DNA from: a virus
Length of the DNA: 64,000 nt
Virus record (IMG/VR): IMGVR_UViG_3300047095_000811
Location: 64,001-128,000 of that record
Direction: 5' to 3' (one strand)
Shown here piece by piece: positions 30,601 to 37,783 of the stretch. Under the pieces are notes generated by a model. That model was not told the origin of the DNA and searched no databases. It worked only from the letters and a program-made list of their open reading frames with translations. The stretch's first letter is position 1. Each line of letters begins with the position of its first letter. The position numbers were made by a program, and so were the translations under genes.

Positions 30601-31805
30601 ACTCCGACCCGATGCGTACCGGCATGGCTACCACTCAGGGCAAGCACATCGTCTCGACGAAGGTGCAGCACAACTACCTGATCGGTACCGGTCTCGACAA
30701 GACCATCTCCCAGCTCATCGGGCAAGATTTTGCCTGGAAGGCGGCGGAGGACGGCGAGATCGTCAAGATCGACCAGCGGAACAAGCTCGTCTTCGTGAAG
30801 TACAAGACCGGGCAGACTACCGCGATCGACGTCAGCGACAAGCCCGCCAAGAACTCTTCTTCCGGCTTCTGGATCAAGAACAAGCTCGAACTCATCGATG
30901 GCCTGAAGGTCGGCTCCAAGTTCAAAAAGGGTCAGACCCTAGCTACTAACCGCAGCTTCTTCCGGCAGGACATGGACGGATCCCACGGATTTGCCCCCGG
31001 AAGGCTCACGAAAGTGGCGATGATGTGCCTCCCAACCACTTACGAAGACTCCGCCCCTGTCATCGAAAAAGTGGCAAAGGAGATGGCTTCCGACATCATC
31101 ACCGAGAAGCAGGTGGCGCTGAAAGAGAACTCCAAGATCATCAAGATCGCCAGCGAAGGCCAGAAGCTCAACGTCAACGACCCCCTCATCATCTTCGAGG
31201 AGATCGGCGACAGCGAGAAGGATGCCCTGAGCGCGATCGAGAAGGCGGCTAAAGCTGCCGAGGGAGACGAGGACTTGGAGCACCTCGGAAGAAACATCAT
31301 CAAGTCGAAGTACTCCGGTACGATCACCAACGTCAAAGTCTACTACAACTGCGACTTGGAGTCCGACGCGATCCACCCGACTCTGAAGGAGTACGTCAAG
31401 GGGTACATCTCCAAGGTGAAGTCCCGCTCCGACGCTCTGAAGGGTAACAAGGAGGACGACCTGATCGAGATGCCGTCCATCGAGCGCATCGACTCTGACA
31501 AGATCCTCGGCAACGAGATGTCTGGCGTCCTGATCGTGTTCTACATCGCACACGAGGAGAAGATGGACGTTGGCAACAAGCTGGCATTCTTCTCAGCCTG
31601 TAAAGGGATCGTCTCGGAAGTCATTCCTGACGACTTGGCTCCTCTGACGGAGTACCGAGAGGAAGAGCCTATCGAGGCGGTCGTCTCTCCGATGTCTTTG
31701 ATCTCTCGTAACACTCCTGACCTTCCGCTCATGGGGTTCTCCAACAAGGTGATCCTTGAGCTGAAGAAGCAGTGTATCGAAGAGCTCTTCGGCGACAAGA
31801 AGTAA
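27690..31805 (+). CDS. multisubunit RNA polymerase beta subunit (probably virion RNAP)
   Basis: GFLYING, TFKGPSG, DPMRTGMATTQGKH, YEDS, VGNK...KGIVS, VSPMSLISRN correspond to conserved RpoB regions. Confidence 0.9.
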   Translation: MMVSMEKIIPNKIYFSSSLQINVEKEGKYILTSTDPEDPQRLKSLTDSMKFVPQGKMYLYFPEMLLNPATLASISSTKERNDFFKDIAEINLGHQATKVMKLSDLSQEQKSDNHPLVVNVGGYFSKLDSYISVHKKTPQQKYAYLKLVLKKILADTARDIPEGKKTLVVDIQGNSPRIDPVLFTIVYGLKKDFEGCSGIFSGVDVILVDPDHNLFVKLNLTDRKKAIQSVNLSAKMAALSKSFDPKKVITDKDVQVGDTVVSDDAEVIGSTEETPIDKTGEVTNQEAAKASEQTKEEADHTDVDGVSRVEDLDLSEIMATDTSAEFDRLEKENAEFVAKFKPQQDKAFGDVQKREEDFVLHVESAKDDAVLNPSIKTAKTVALTNSYHKNLFRKDVASLLQSLNNDSEFPAVVISHEMKDSSDPLNLKDELSVVFMDKQGKKHNFTVDVPKLSSDGFLYINGNKKFIAKQTTLLPLIKEAPDRVQITTSYSKTFLYRKGDKTNPMIDRIFKTLIGKSYTGVKPMYGNSFASNIKYGVSIPYNYLSKRLFTLSFDLGAKASLDFHFSQKRIRSVMEDAGMSIPEGKLPVALRMMNGKIDAVYFEDASTRKVEQVSGKTVMKTYQNLQDLLVETIRNYKNTDVLKAFEATNAGKAYSYTDIKLAGTSVPLGILVSFYQGLLPALDGYGIKYTVSAEKRRAAENETLIQFKDMNVYLNLEGDTAKELFANGLYFLNTKEFSYRDAERRGSVFIEYFGEAIGSRNIAKAYINFETSMIDPITKEILIDLKLPTEFVPLLYKANDMLAGYSHKRKNDMTNFRVRDSEVLSVAIYDVLMKSFNEYKRTVKTGVVTPISAPKDAVVKKVQALPNVEDYSVLSPFLEMELKSKTTFKGPSGLNSSDAYTAEIRSYDPSMIGLFGIFSPVSGEIGVNRSLVLNPKIRNNRGYLDHPDVDSMNMDNLFASGELLNLFSANHSDPMRTGMATTQGKHIVSTKVQHNYLIGTGLDKTISQLIGQDFAWKAAEDGEIVKIDQRNKLVFVKYKTGQTTAIDVSDKPAKNSSSGFWIKNKLELIDGLKVGSKFKKGQTLATNRSFFRQDMDGSHGFAPGRLTKVAMMCLPTTYEDSAPVIEKVAKEMASDIITEKQVALKENSKIIKIASEGQKLNVNDPLIIFEEIGDSEKDALSAIEKAAKAAEGDEDLEHLGRNIIKSKYSGTITNVKVYYNCDLESDAIHPTLKEYVKGYISKVKSRSDALKGNKEDDLIEMPSIERIDSDKILGNEMSGVLIVFYIAHEEKMDVGNKLAFFSACKGIVSEVIPDDLAPLTEYREEEPIEAVVSPMSLISRNTPDLPLMGFSNKVILELKKQCIEELFGDKK

Positions 31806-31810
31806 CGAGG

Positions 31811-31860
31811 TGTGGGTAATGGTCGAAATGACCATTACCCACATCACATTTTTCATTTTT
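31811..31860 (+). terminator. intrinsic terminator
   Basis: TGTGGGTAATGGTC/GACCATTACCCACA 14-bp stem plus T runs. Confidence 0.75.
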
Positions 31861-31904
31861 AGTACTCCTGACTGCCACAACTCAGTGATAGAAAGGAGTC
31901 CACG

Positions 31905-32111
31905 ATGAACAGAAACAACATGCTCAAGGCGATGATGCTGACCGCGCTAGTGGTCAGAAGAAACCAAGCAGAGGACGATCTCTGCCAAGCAGTCGCCGGT
32001 ACCAGAATCCAAATCGGAGGAAACAAAAGACAAGTTTCCGACGGCAACACATTCAAGTTCAATCTTCCTTTCGAGAAGGGAAGAAGGACGCCGAAATGCA
32101 AGAAAAATTAA
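31905..32111 (+). CDS. small basic protein with FKFNLxFEKG motif
   Basis: 68 aa, AAAGGAG RBS, AACT-N6-TA upstream, terminator downstream. Confidence 0.55.
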   Translation: MNRNNMLKAMMLTALVVRRNQAEDDLCQAVAGTRIQIGGNKRQVSDGNTFKFNLPFEKGRRTPKCKKN

Positions 32112-32260
32112 TGATAACCCCTACTGCCACATAGCAGTAGGGGTCTTTCATCGTTTCGAGGTTATCACACTTCCGGACGCTAATCTTGTCCTTACCAGTT
32201 CGGGGTCCACCTAGCATATCGGTTGCTAGTGCTACTACCTCCACCTGAATTGTGCCTCAG
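32110..32260 (-). ncRNA. candidate late structured small RNA 2
   Basis: AACA-N6-TA at 32261-32272 on the minus strand; several hairpins; ends in the 32117-32144 hairpin. Confidence 0.45.
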
Positions 32261-32270
32261 TATAGATATG

Positions 32271-32819
32271 TTAGTATTTTCGGCTGTCGTAAGCCCACTG
32301 TAGCAGGGCCTGACGCTGTACGGGACGGCAAGTGGCATCCCCTTTCTTGCAGTTCTTGGTGAGCTGCGCCTTGTGCCTCACAAAAGACTTCCAGCGGGCG
32401 CACTGTTTTGCATCGACCTTCTCGTCGCGGCGTCCCATGTACGCCCGACAATACCACTGGAACCATCCGCGAGGGTCGTCGCCCACGATCCACCCTTGCT
32501 TCCTCCAGTGCGACAGCGGCTTTCTGGATTTCACCTTGAAGTAGTTCAGCTCAGGATCAGCATCTCCGCCATCCTTCACCACCTTGGCACCACTGAACCA
32601 AGAAGAGGGGAACTCTCCGTGGCAATCGTTGAGGTACTTACCTTCGAAGACACCGAGAGCCAGCATCTCTTTTGGAGTCAGCTCAGGGTCGAAGCCATAT
32701 TTCTCCTTCAAGTCAGAGAGGTCGCCTTCCTTGACAGTCAGCTCATAAGAGTAACCCTTCTGCATCTTGTCGCTAACCTTGACGGTCTTTCGTTTACCTT
32801 CAAGAAGAATGAATTTCAT
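32271..32819 (-). CDS. conserved uncharacterised protein (DPRGWFQWYCR family)
   Basis: LTPKEMLALGVFEGKY, DPRGWFQWYCR..GRR, RQALLQWAYD. Confidence 0.75.
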   Translation of the reverse strand: MKFILLEGKRKTVKVSDKMQKGYSYELTVKEGDLSDLKEKYGFDPELTPKEMLALGVFEGKYLNDCHGEFPSSWFSGAKVVKDGGDADPELNYFKVKSRKPLSHWRKQGWIVGDDPRGWFQWYCRAYMGRRDEKVDAKQCARWKSFVRHKAQLTKNCKKGDATCRPVQRQALLQWAYDSRKY

Positions 32820-32882
32820 GTTTTCCCCAAGAAAAAAGTACACACTAAGGAAAAGTTAGAGGGGCGCAGAGGCCCCTCCTCC

Positions 32883-33548
32883 TTACTTCCGATGACGGAA
32901 GGAAACCCGCTTGTCGAAGCCGTGCTGCACCAGCCGGTCTGTATCCGAGATCTTCACAGGCGGGTCCATGTCCGGAGACGGATAGATCACGTTGCCCATG
33001 AAGTAAGAAATCTCTTGGTACAGAGAGTTCTGATCGATGATCTTAGAGACCCCGAGCTCCGACAAGACAGGCATCTTGTTAGAGATTCGGAATTGAGTCT
33101 TCCGGTTCCCGTAATTGACTTGGATGCTACTCACCCGAAAGATGGGCTGCTTCAAGATACGGCTGAGTTCAACCAGCATTGGATGCGTCCCTCCGTCGAA
33201 GAAGCGCATGTCGAGCTCTCTCAGAAAGTACTTGGATCTTACGAATCTGATCGACTCGTCAGTAGTGAGTACTCTCACTTCGTCTGGAAGACCGGAGCCG
33301 AACTCGGCCTGCTTGATCTTCATGAGATGAGGCTTCCCGCAGATCGACAGCAGCTCGGTCCGAGTCCTCGAATGGAAGTCGCTGTGGGTCGAGAGGGGGA
33401 AGTTTCCGTTCATCTCAATTTGGATGTCGCGATAGTCCGGTTCCTCCAGCTTGATGAGCGCCGGTCGTTCGTAGACCACCTTCGGGTCGATCCCGTAGAC
33501 GTTCGAAATGTGGTCGTAGTAGTCTCTGAATTTGGAGATGATTCTCAT
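32883..33548 (-). CDS. conserved phage hypothetical protein
   Basis: MRIISKFRDYYD...HGFDKRVSFR termini. Confidence 0.75.
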   Translation of the reverse strand: MRIISKFRDYYDHISNVYGIDPKVVYERPALIKLEEPDYRDIQIEMNGNFPLSTHSDFHSRTRTELLSICGKPHLMKIKQAEFGSGLPDEVRVLTTDESIRFVRSKYFLRELDMRFFDGGTHPMLVELSRILKQPIFRVSSIQVNYGNRKTQFRISNKMPVLSELGVSKIIDQNSLYQEISYFMGNVIYPSPDMDPPVKISDTDRLVQHGFDKRVSFRHRK

Positions 33549-33787
33549 TGCTTCTTCCTCACAATCTTGTAGTCGTTCGGAGCGTACTTGTTGTACAGCT
33601 CATCGGCTTCCTCTTGTCCGACCAGCGCAGTGTACTTCTTCATCAAACCGCTGATCTTGTCTGCGTGAGCTTGACCTCGACGCCATGTGCCGCCGTCATC
33701 GCTGTAGTTGTAGTACCAGTCATGCCGAGACAGGCTCTCTTCGAGTTCTTTCCTGACCAGCAGGACATCATCTTTCTCGTTGCTCAT
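33545..33787 (-). CDS. small conserved phage protein
   Basis: HDWYYNYSDD motif; coupled to neighbours. Confidence 0.7.
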   Translation of the reverse strand: MSNEKDDVLLVRKELEESLSRHDWYYNYSDDGGTWRRGQAHADKISGLMKKYTALVGQEEADELYNKYAPNDYKIVRKKQ

Positions 33788-34193
33788 TTCTCTTCCTTTC
33801 AACATAGGACTTTAGGACTCCGTCCGTCGGTTCAAAGTCCATCTTTCCCTCTACGAAAATCCGGTACGACTCTAGGGCATACCAGCCGATTCCATGCATC
33901 TTGCTCAGTTCGTCTATGCTTGACGGCGGATTGGCTACCCACTCCGCAGCTAGGCGGATTATCATTTTCGATCGCCGGTTCATCAATCCTAGCGACCTGA
34001 TCGTCTCCACCATCTTCGGCAGGTCTTCTTCCTTCACACATTTGGGAGTAGGCCAATGTCGGAAGAACTCATCTACTACGCTCTTTACCTGCTCACCAGT
34101 GGTCCTGTTCAACAGGATGCTACTGATGACTACCCGCCAAGCATCGCCGTGATAACTCTCTTGAACTAACTTGTATTCGGTATTGCGTCGCAT
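33768..34193 (-). CDS. MBD4-like HhH DNA glycosylase
   Basis: W..VISSILLNRT, SLGL..RR, HGIGWYALESYRIF, PTD match the MBD4 catalytic domain (LNRT, PLGL, HGIGKYGNDSYRIF, PED). Confidence 0.85.
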   Translation of the reverse strand: MRRNTEYKLVQESYHGDAWRVVISSILLNRTTGEQVKSVVDEFFRHWPTPKCVKEEDLPKMVETIRSLGLMNRRSKMIIRLAAEWVANPPSSIDELSKMHGIGWYALESYRIFVEGKMDFEPTDGVLKSYVERKRNEQRER

Positions 34194-34306
34194 GGTTGTC
34201 CTCCTTACCATATGACACCGCATCTCTCGGCGTTATCCTTCCGCCACGCTAATGATATATCAAGAAAAAAAGATTCGAGCGAACTCGAATCTTTTCTCCT
34301 GCATCC

Positions 34307-34444
34307 TTACCACTGGAACCACCACTGGCAGAAAGAGTATGTAAATGCCGAGAAGGTGACAATGGAAACACCGATCGTCATGCGGGTGTTGAAACGTTCG
34401 GTTTCAGCCTCGCGACGGGGGCTGTAAGAGTAGTGGACGTTCAT
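34307..34444 (-). CDS. 45-aa single-TM peptide (not in ORF track)
   Basis: MNVHYSYSPRREAETERFNTRMTIGVSIVTFSAFTYSFCQWWFQW*; GGAG RBS, AGATATAAT upstream, terminator 34263-34296. Confidence 0.6.
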   Translation of the reverse strand: MNVHYSYSPRREAETERFNTRMTIGVSIVTFSAFTYSFCQWWFQW

Positions 34445-34547
34445 TTCGGTTCTCCAATTAGAAGGTTGATATCACAAGAATTATATCTGCCGGACTGGGT
34501 TGCAGATACGGGAACACAGAAATAGCTAACTTACAAGGAGAGCTGTA

Positions 34548-34907
34548 ATGGAAAAAATCATCATTCTTCTCATGCAATCTCGTACCCTTGTCCACACGTA
34601 CCACCTGAAGGCGAAGAATCTTGCTCCTCATCTGGCACTCGACGAGCTGTACAACGCGCTGACCGACCACATCGACGATCTCACCGAAGTGTATCAGGGC
34701 TTCGCGGAGCGTCTGCTCGATCTGAATTCCTATCCGGGTTTCACCGTAGACGACGACCCTCTCGGCCAAGTGAGAGAGATCGCCAGTGCCATCGAATCGA
34801 TGAGAAACCAAATCACCCCCAACTGTTCGACGATCCAGAACATGATCGACGAAGCACTTCAGACTCTGTACAAGACCAAGTACAAGCTGATGTTCCTGCC
34901 GATCTAA
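34548..34907 (+). CDS. ferritin/Dps-like protein
   Basis: HxxH...HLALDELY...IDDLTEVYQG...IQNMIDE four-helix metal-binding pattern; late promoter 34513-34524. Confidence 0.75.
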   Translation: MEKIIILLMQSRTLVHTYHLKAKNLAPHLALDELYNALTDHIDDLTEVYQGFAERLLDLNSYPGFTVDDDPLGQVREIASAIESMRNQITPNCSTIQNMIDEALQTLYKTKYKLMFLPI

Positions 34908-34960
34908 GAAAAAAAAAGAACCCTACCGCGATGGTAGGGTTCTTTCACGCTCTATAGGAG

Positions 34961-35299
34961 CTACGACGCCGCAAGCGCCTGTCGGTCGTTCTTGAGAACT
35001 TCCCGGAGCGCATTGGCGATGTCGGTCGGGCTGACTTGTTGGGCGGGGCGCGGTTCTTGAGTCTGCTCCCAAGGCATTCCACGAGTCAGATCCTCGTAAA
35101 CCTTGTTGATGCCAGTCTCATTGACGAAAGCATACGCTTCGTCGACCGAATTAAATTGTCGCGGTTCCACCGTCCCATCTTCCTTCTTCATCTTTACCAC
35201 CGTCCAGGTTGCGAAAACCACGAAGTGATTCTTCATGAATTCGATTACCCAGTGACCGTTTTGATGGTCGAAGGTGATGCGGAAAGCGCGATTCTTCAT
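34961..35299 (-). CDS. hypothetical protein
   Basis: 112 aa, AAGGAG RBS, overlapping early and late motifs at 35347-35362. Confidence 0.7.
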   Translation of the reverse strand: MKNRAFRITFDHQNGHWVIEFMKNHFVVFATWTVVKMKKEDGTVEPRQFNSVDEAYAFVNETGINKVYEDLTRGMPWEQTQEPRPAQQVSPTDIANALREVLKNDRQALAAS

Positions 35300-35420
35300 T
35301 TGAAACTCCTTGCAAAGATACGGTAATCCGGATGGCTACCACGAAAATTATATATCACTGTTGGGAGCTTACTTCCGGTACGGCAACAACACCTTAGACC
35401 TCATAATAAAAGGAAGAACC

Positions 35421-35972
35421 ATGCATAAAGAGCGGACGTTCTCCGAGACTTCACTTGAGCTAGCCGACGAGCTCATGAAAGAGCTCGGAGTCAAAGACAA
35501 GGACGTGCGGCTCATCGATCAGGCGATTGATGAGTGGCAGAACGAGAAGAACTACACGAAGATATCCCTGACATACTACGGAGAGCCGAAGGCTCAGGCC
35601 CGTCCGAGGTCTTCCAGTCAGCACGGCGGGTTCTTCTATGATCCGAGTAAGAGCCTCAAGCAATGGGTGCTCTCTCAGATCGTGGCGCAGCTCCCGCCCA
35701 ATTTCAAGCCCATCGATCGATCCATCGAGGTCACGCTGCGCTTCTACCGGACTATGCCAAAGGGCGGATCCAAGAAGGACAAGATCCTGATGGAGCTCGG
35801 AGTCATCCAGCCTTGCGGTCGTCCCGACATCGACAACTTCATCAAACTCGTTCAAGACGCGCTGAACAAGACGCTGTATACGGACGACTCCAACATAGTC
35901 ACGCTGTACGCCGAGAAGTTCTATTCCTGCAAGCCCAGAGTGGAACTTGACATCAAATTCCGTAAAGCCTAA
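35421..35972 (+). CDS. rusA: RusA-like Holliday junction resolvase
   Basis: GEPKAQARPR, RPDIDNFIK...DAL...DDSNIV. Confidence 0.88.
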   Translation: MHKERTFSETSLELADELMKELGVKDKDVRLIDQAIDEWQNEKNYTKISLTYYGEPKAQARPRSSSQHGGFFYDPSKSLKQWVLSQIVAQLPPNFKPIDRSIEVTLRFYRTMPKGGSKKDKILMELGVIQPCGRPDIDNFIKLVQDALNKTLYTDDSNIVTLYAEKFYSCKPRVELDIKFRKA

Positions 35973-35986
35973 GAAACAACTTGTTA

Positions 35987-36067
35987 GTGTGGGACAGTTG
36001 TTCTGCACTTGCATCATGCTTTGTCCTTTCTTTTCCCCTAACCCTTTGCCGGGTTAGGGGTCTTTTT
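35987..36067 (+). ncRNA. candidate late small RNA 3
   Basis: AACA-N6-TA 35975-35986, about 80 nt, terminator 36034-36067; the next gene has its own GACA-N6-TA at 36077. Confidence 0.4.
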
Positions 36068-36110
36068 ACTTCGAAGGACATCTGTATAGACCAAATAATC
36101 GGAGCTAGAA

Positions 36111-37529
36111 ATGCCGACCAACAACGTATACATTCGAGATCTTCCTTACGAGTTCTTGAAGTCAAAGGGAGATGCTTTCCTAGATTCCGCAAGCCTGACG
36201 AATCACGAGAGCATCTTCATAGGAACAAAGGCAAGTGCGCCGCTGATGGCAGCTCCCAAGACGAAGGAGGAGATTCCAGACGTCGTGCTGAAAAGCCTCA
36301 GAGAGCTGATCGTCAGAAAGTACACCGACAACACTTCATTCACGAAGGTGGAAGAAGACACTCTGCTGATGTCGTACTACTACCTGCAGTCCAAGGCCAT
36401 CCTCGCCAACGACTTCAAGAAGGAAAAGAAGAAGCTCCATCCGGTGACAAACAAGGCATCGAACTTCAAGACCGGAGAGCCACCACTGATGCTTCGCCGG
36501 GTGCTGGAGAACCCTCTGGTGAAGAAGCTTCGGAAAGGGTACACCGCTTCGCCAGACAAGAGCAGCCTCAAGCTCCGCCCGGAGAAGACGGGAAAATCCG
36601 TCAAGGATATCATCAAGTCCAGCAAGTTCTACCAAGAGACGGCGAGCTCTCTGGTGTACGACGACGTCCAATACGCCGCGCACGTCATGAATGAGGCGAT
36701 CAGGAACGCTGGAGTCCAAGGGAGCTTCCCCGCGTGGGTTTACGAGATTCCATCTGGTAGCGCCCAGCAATCGACGGAGTACAAGTTCAAGTACGAAAAC
36801 GTCGCAGAGATGGTGAAGTTGGTCCGCAGTTTGATCGAAGACAAGTACAACTTCGGCTTCCAGACGATGACTCAGGGGAATATCGACACCGCTGAGATCC
36901 TGAAGGAGTCGATGCTCGCTAGACTTCGGAGTCCAAGCGCCGACCCGGCGTACGTCTTCCTGAAGTTCGAGACCACCGGAAACGACCCGATCGGCGGGAC
37001 GTACAACTTCAGAGTGCAGGACTTCTCGTCTGACAGGTATTTCTTGGCGGGGGTGCTGAACTACTCCTCTCTTGAGATCGACCTGAACCCTCGTCTGAGC
37101 CAGGACACGGTTAATTCCACCCTGAGATTCTCGCCGAGAGCCGGTGACGCGTCTGTCTGCGTCCTTCTAGGCAAGGACAGAACTCCATTCCGCATTTCAG
37201 GAATGGATAAGAAGCTCTTCAACATCGACACGTTCACCGTCGATGAGGCAATGAACACTTGGACGATCGACTTCGACGGTGCTGATGATAACTTCGTCTT
37301 CCAAGTCGAGTCGAACGGCAGCATCGTCACACCGACTTCCGCCCGCCTGCTCTCCGACTCAAGGATCGAACTGCGCTTCAGGACTGCTGTTAGCGGGAAG
37401 CTGTTCATTCTCTCTTGCGCTAAGAACTGGCCGAACGACGCGATGCTAGTGGTCACTGAGGAGAATGTCGAACGGATCCTTGCAACCACGAATTTCCACA
37501 AGAAGGTGTACAGGAAATGGATACAGTAG
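36111..37529 (+). CDS. putative virion structural protein
   Basis: 472 aa, late-type promoter, beta-rich C-terminus. Confidence 0.55.
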   Translation: MPTNNVYIRDLPYEFLKSKGDAFLDSASLTNHESIFIGTKASAPLMAAPKTKEEIPDVVLKSLRELIVRKYTDNTSFTKVEEDTLLMSYYYLQSKAILANDFKKEKKKLHPVTNKASNFKTGEPPLMLRRVLENPLVKKLRKGYTASPDKSSLKLRPEKTGKSVKDIIKSSKFYQETASSLVYDDVQYAAHVMNEAIRNAGVQGSFPAWVYEIPSGSAQQSTEYKFKYENVAEMVKLVRSLIEDKYNFGFQTMTQGNIDTAEILKESMLARLRSPSADPAYVFLKFETTGNDPIGGTYNFRVQDFSSDRYFLAGVLNYSSLEIDLNPRLSQDTVNSTLRFSPRAGDASVCVLLGKDRTPFRISGMDKKLFNIDTFTVDEAMNTWTIDFDGADDNFVFQVESNGSIVTPTSARLLSDSRIELRFRTAVSGKLFILSCAKNWPNDAMLVVTEENVERILATTNFHKKVYRKWIQ

Positions 37530-37783
37530 TCACTGTGGCGAAGATGAAGGCAGATATCGCAAAGAGCGTAGCCAAGAACCTCGCCGTCAACTCAATAGAA
37601 GCTCTCGGGTCAATTCTAGAGGGTAAGAAAGACTCCGGTCTGGATGCCAAACTTGAGAAGAGATACGCCGCGATGCGGCTCAAGCTCTTCCTCAAGTACA
37701 CGATGATCGACTACGAAGTTCTCGCATCCAGAGTGCAGCGGAACGACGTCTACGCCGAGCTCATGGAAGGATCCAAGCTATGA
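37517..37783 (+). CDS. hypothetical protein
   Basis: 88 aa, coupled to neighbours. Confidence 0.65.
   Translation: MDTVVTVAKMKADIAKSVAKNLAVNSIEALGSILEGKKDSGLDAKLEKRYAAMRLKLFLKYTMIDYEVLASRVQRNDVYAELMEGSKL

Noticed and set aside
28908-30725. 605-aa minus-strand ORF
   Set aside because: Antisense shadow of the RNAP beta gene
11384-31805. Introns or inteins in terminase and RNAP genes
   Set aside because: Reading frames are continuous, and no intein junctions or homing endonuclease motifs were seen
32232-32243. GAGGTAGTAG matches the 5' end of let-7 miRNA
   Set aside because: A 10-nt match in a phage genome is most likely coincidence
35310-35420. Upstream-extended starts in the ORF track (971, 9220, 10034, 13471, 27513, 35310, 43630)
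   Set aside because: The extensions cross promoters or terminators; downstream ATGs have better RBSs
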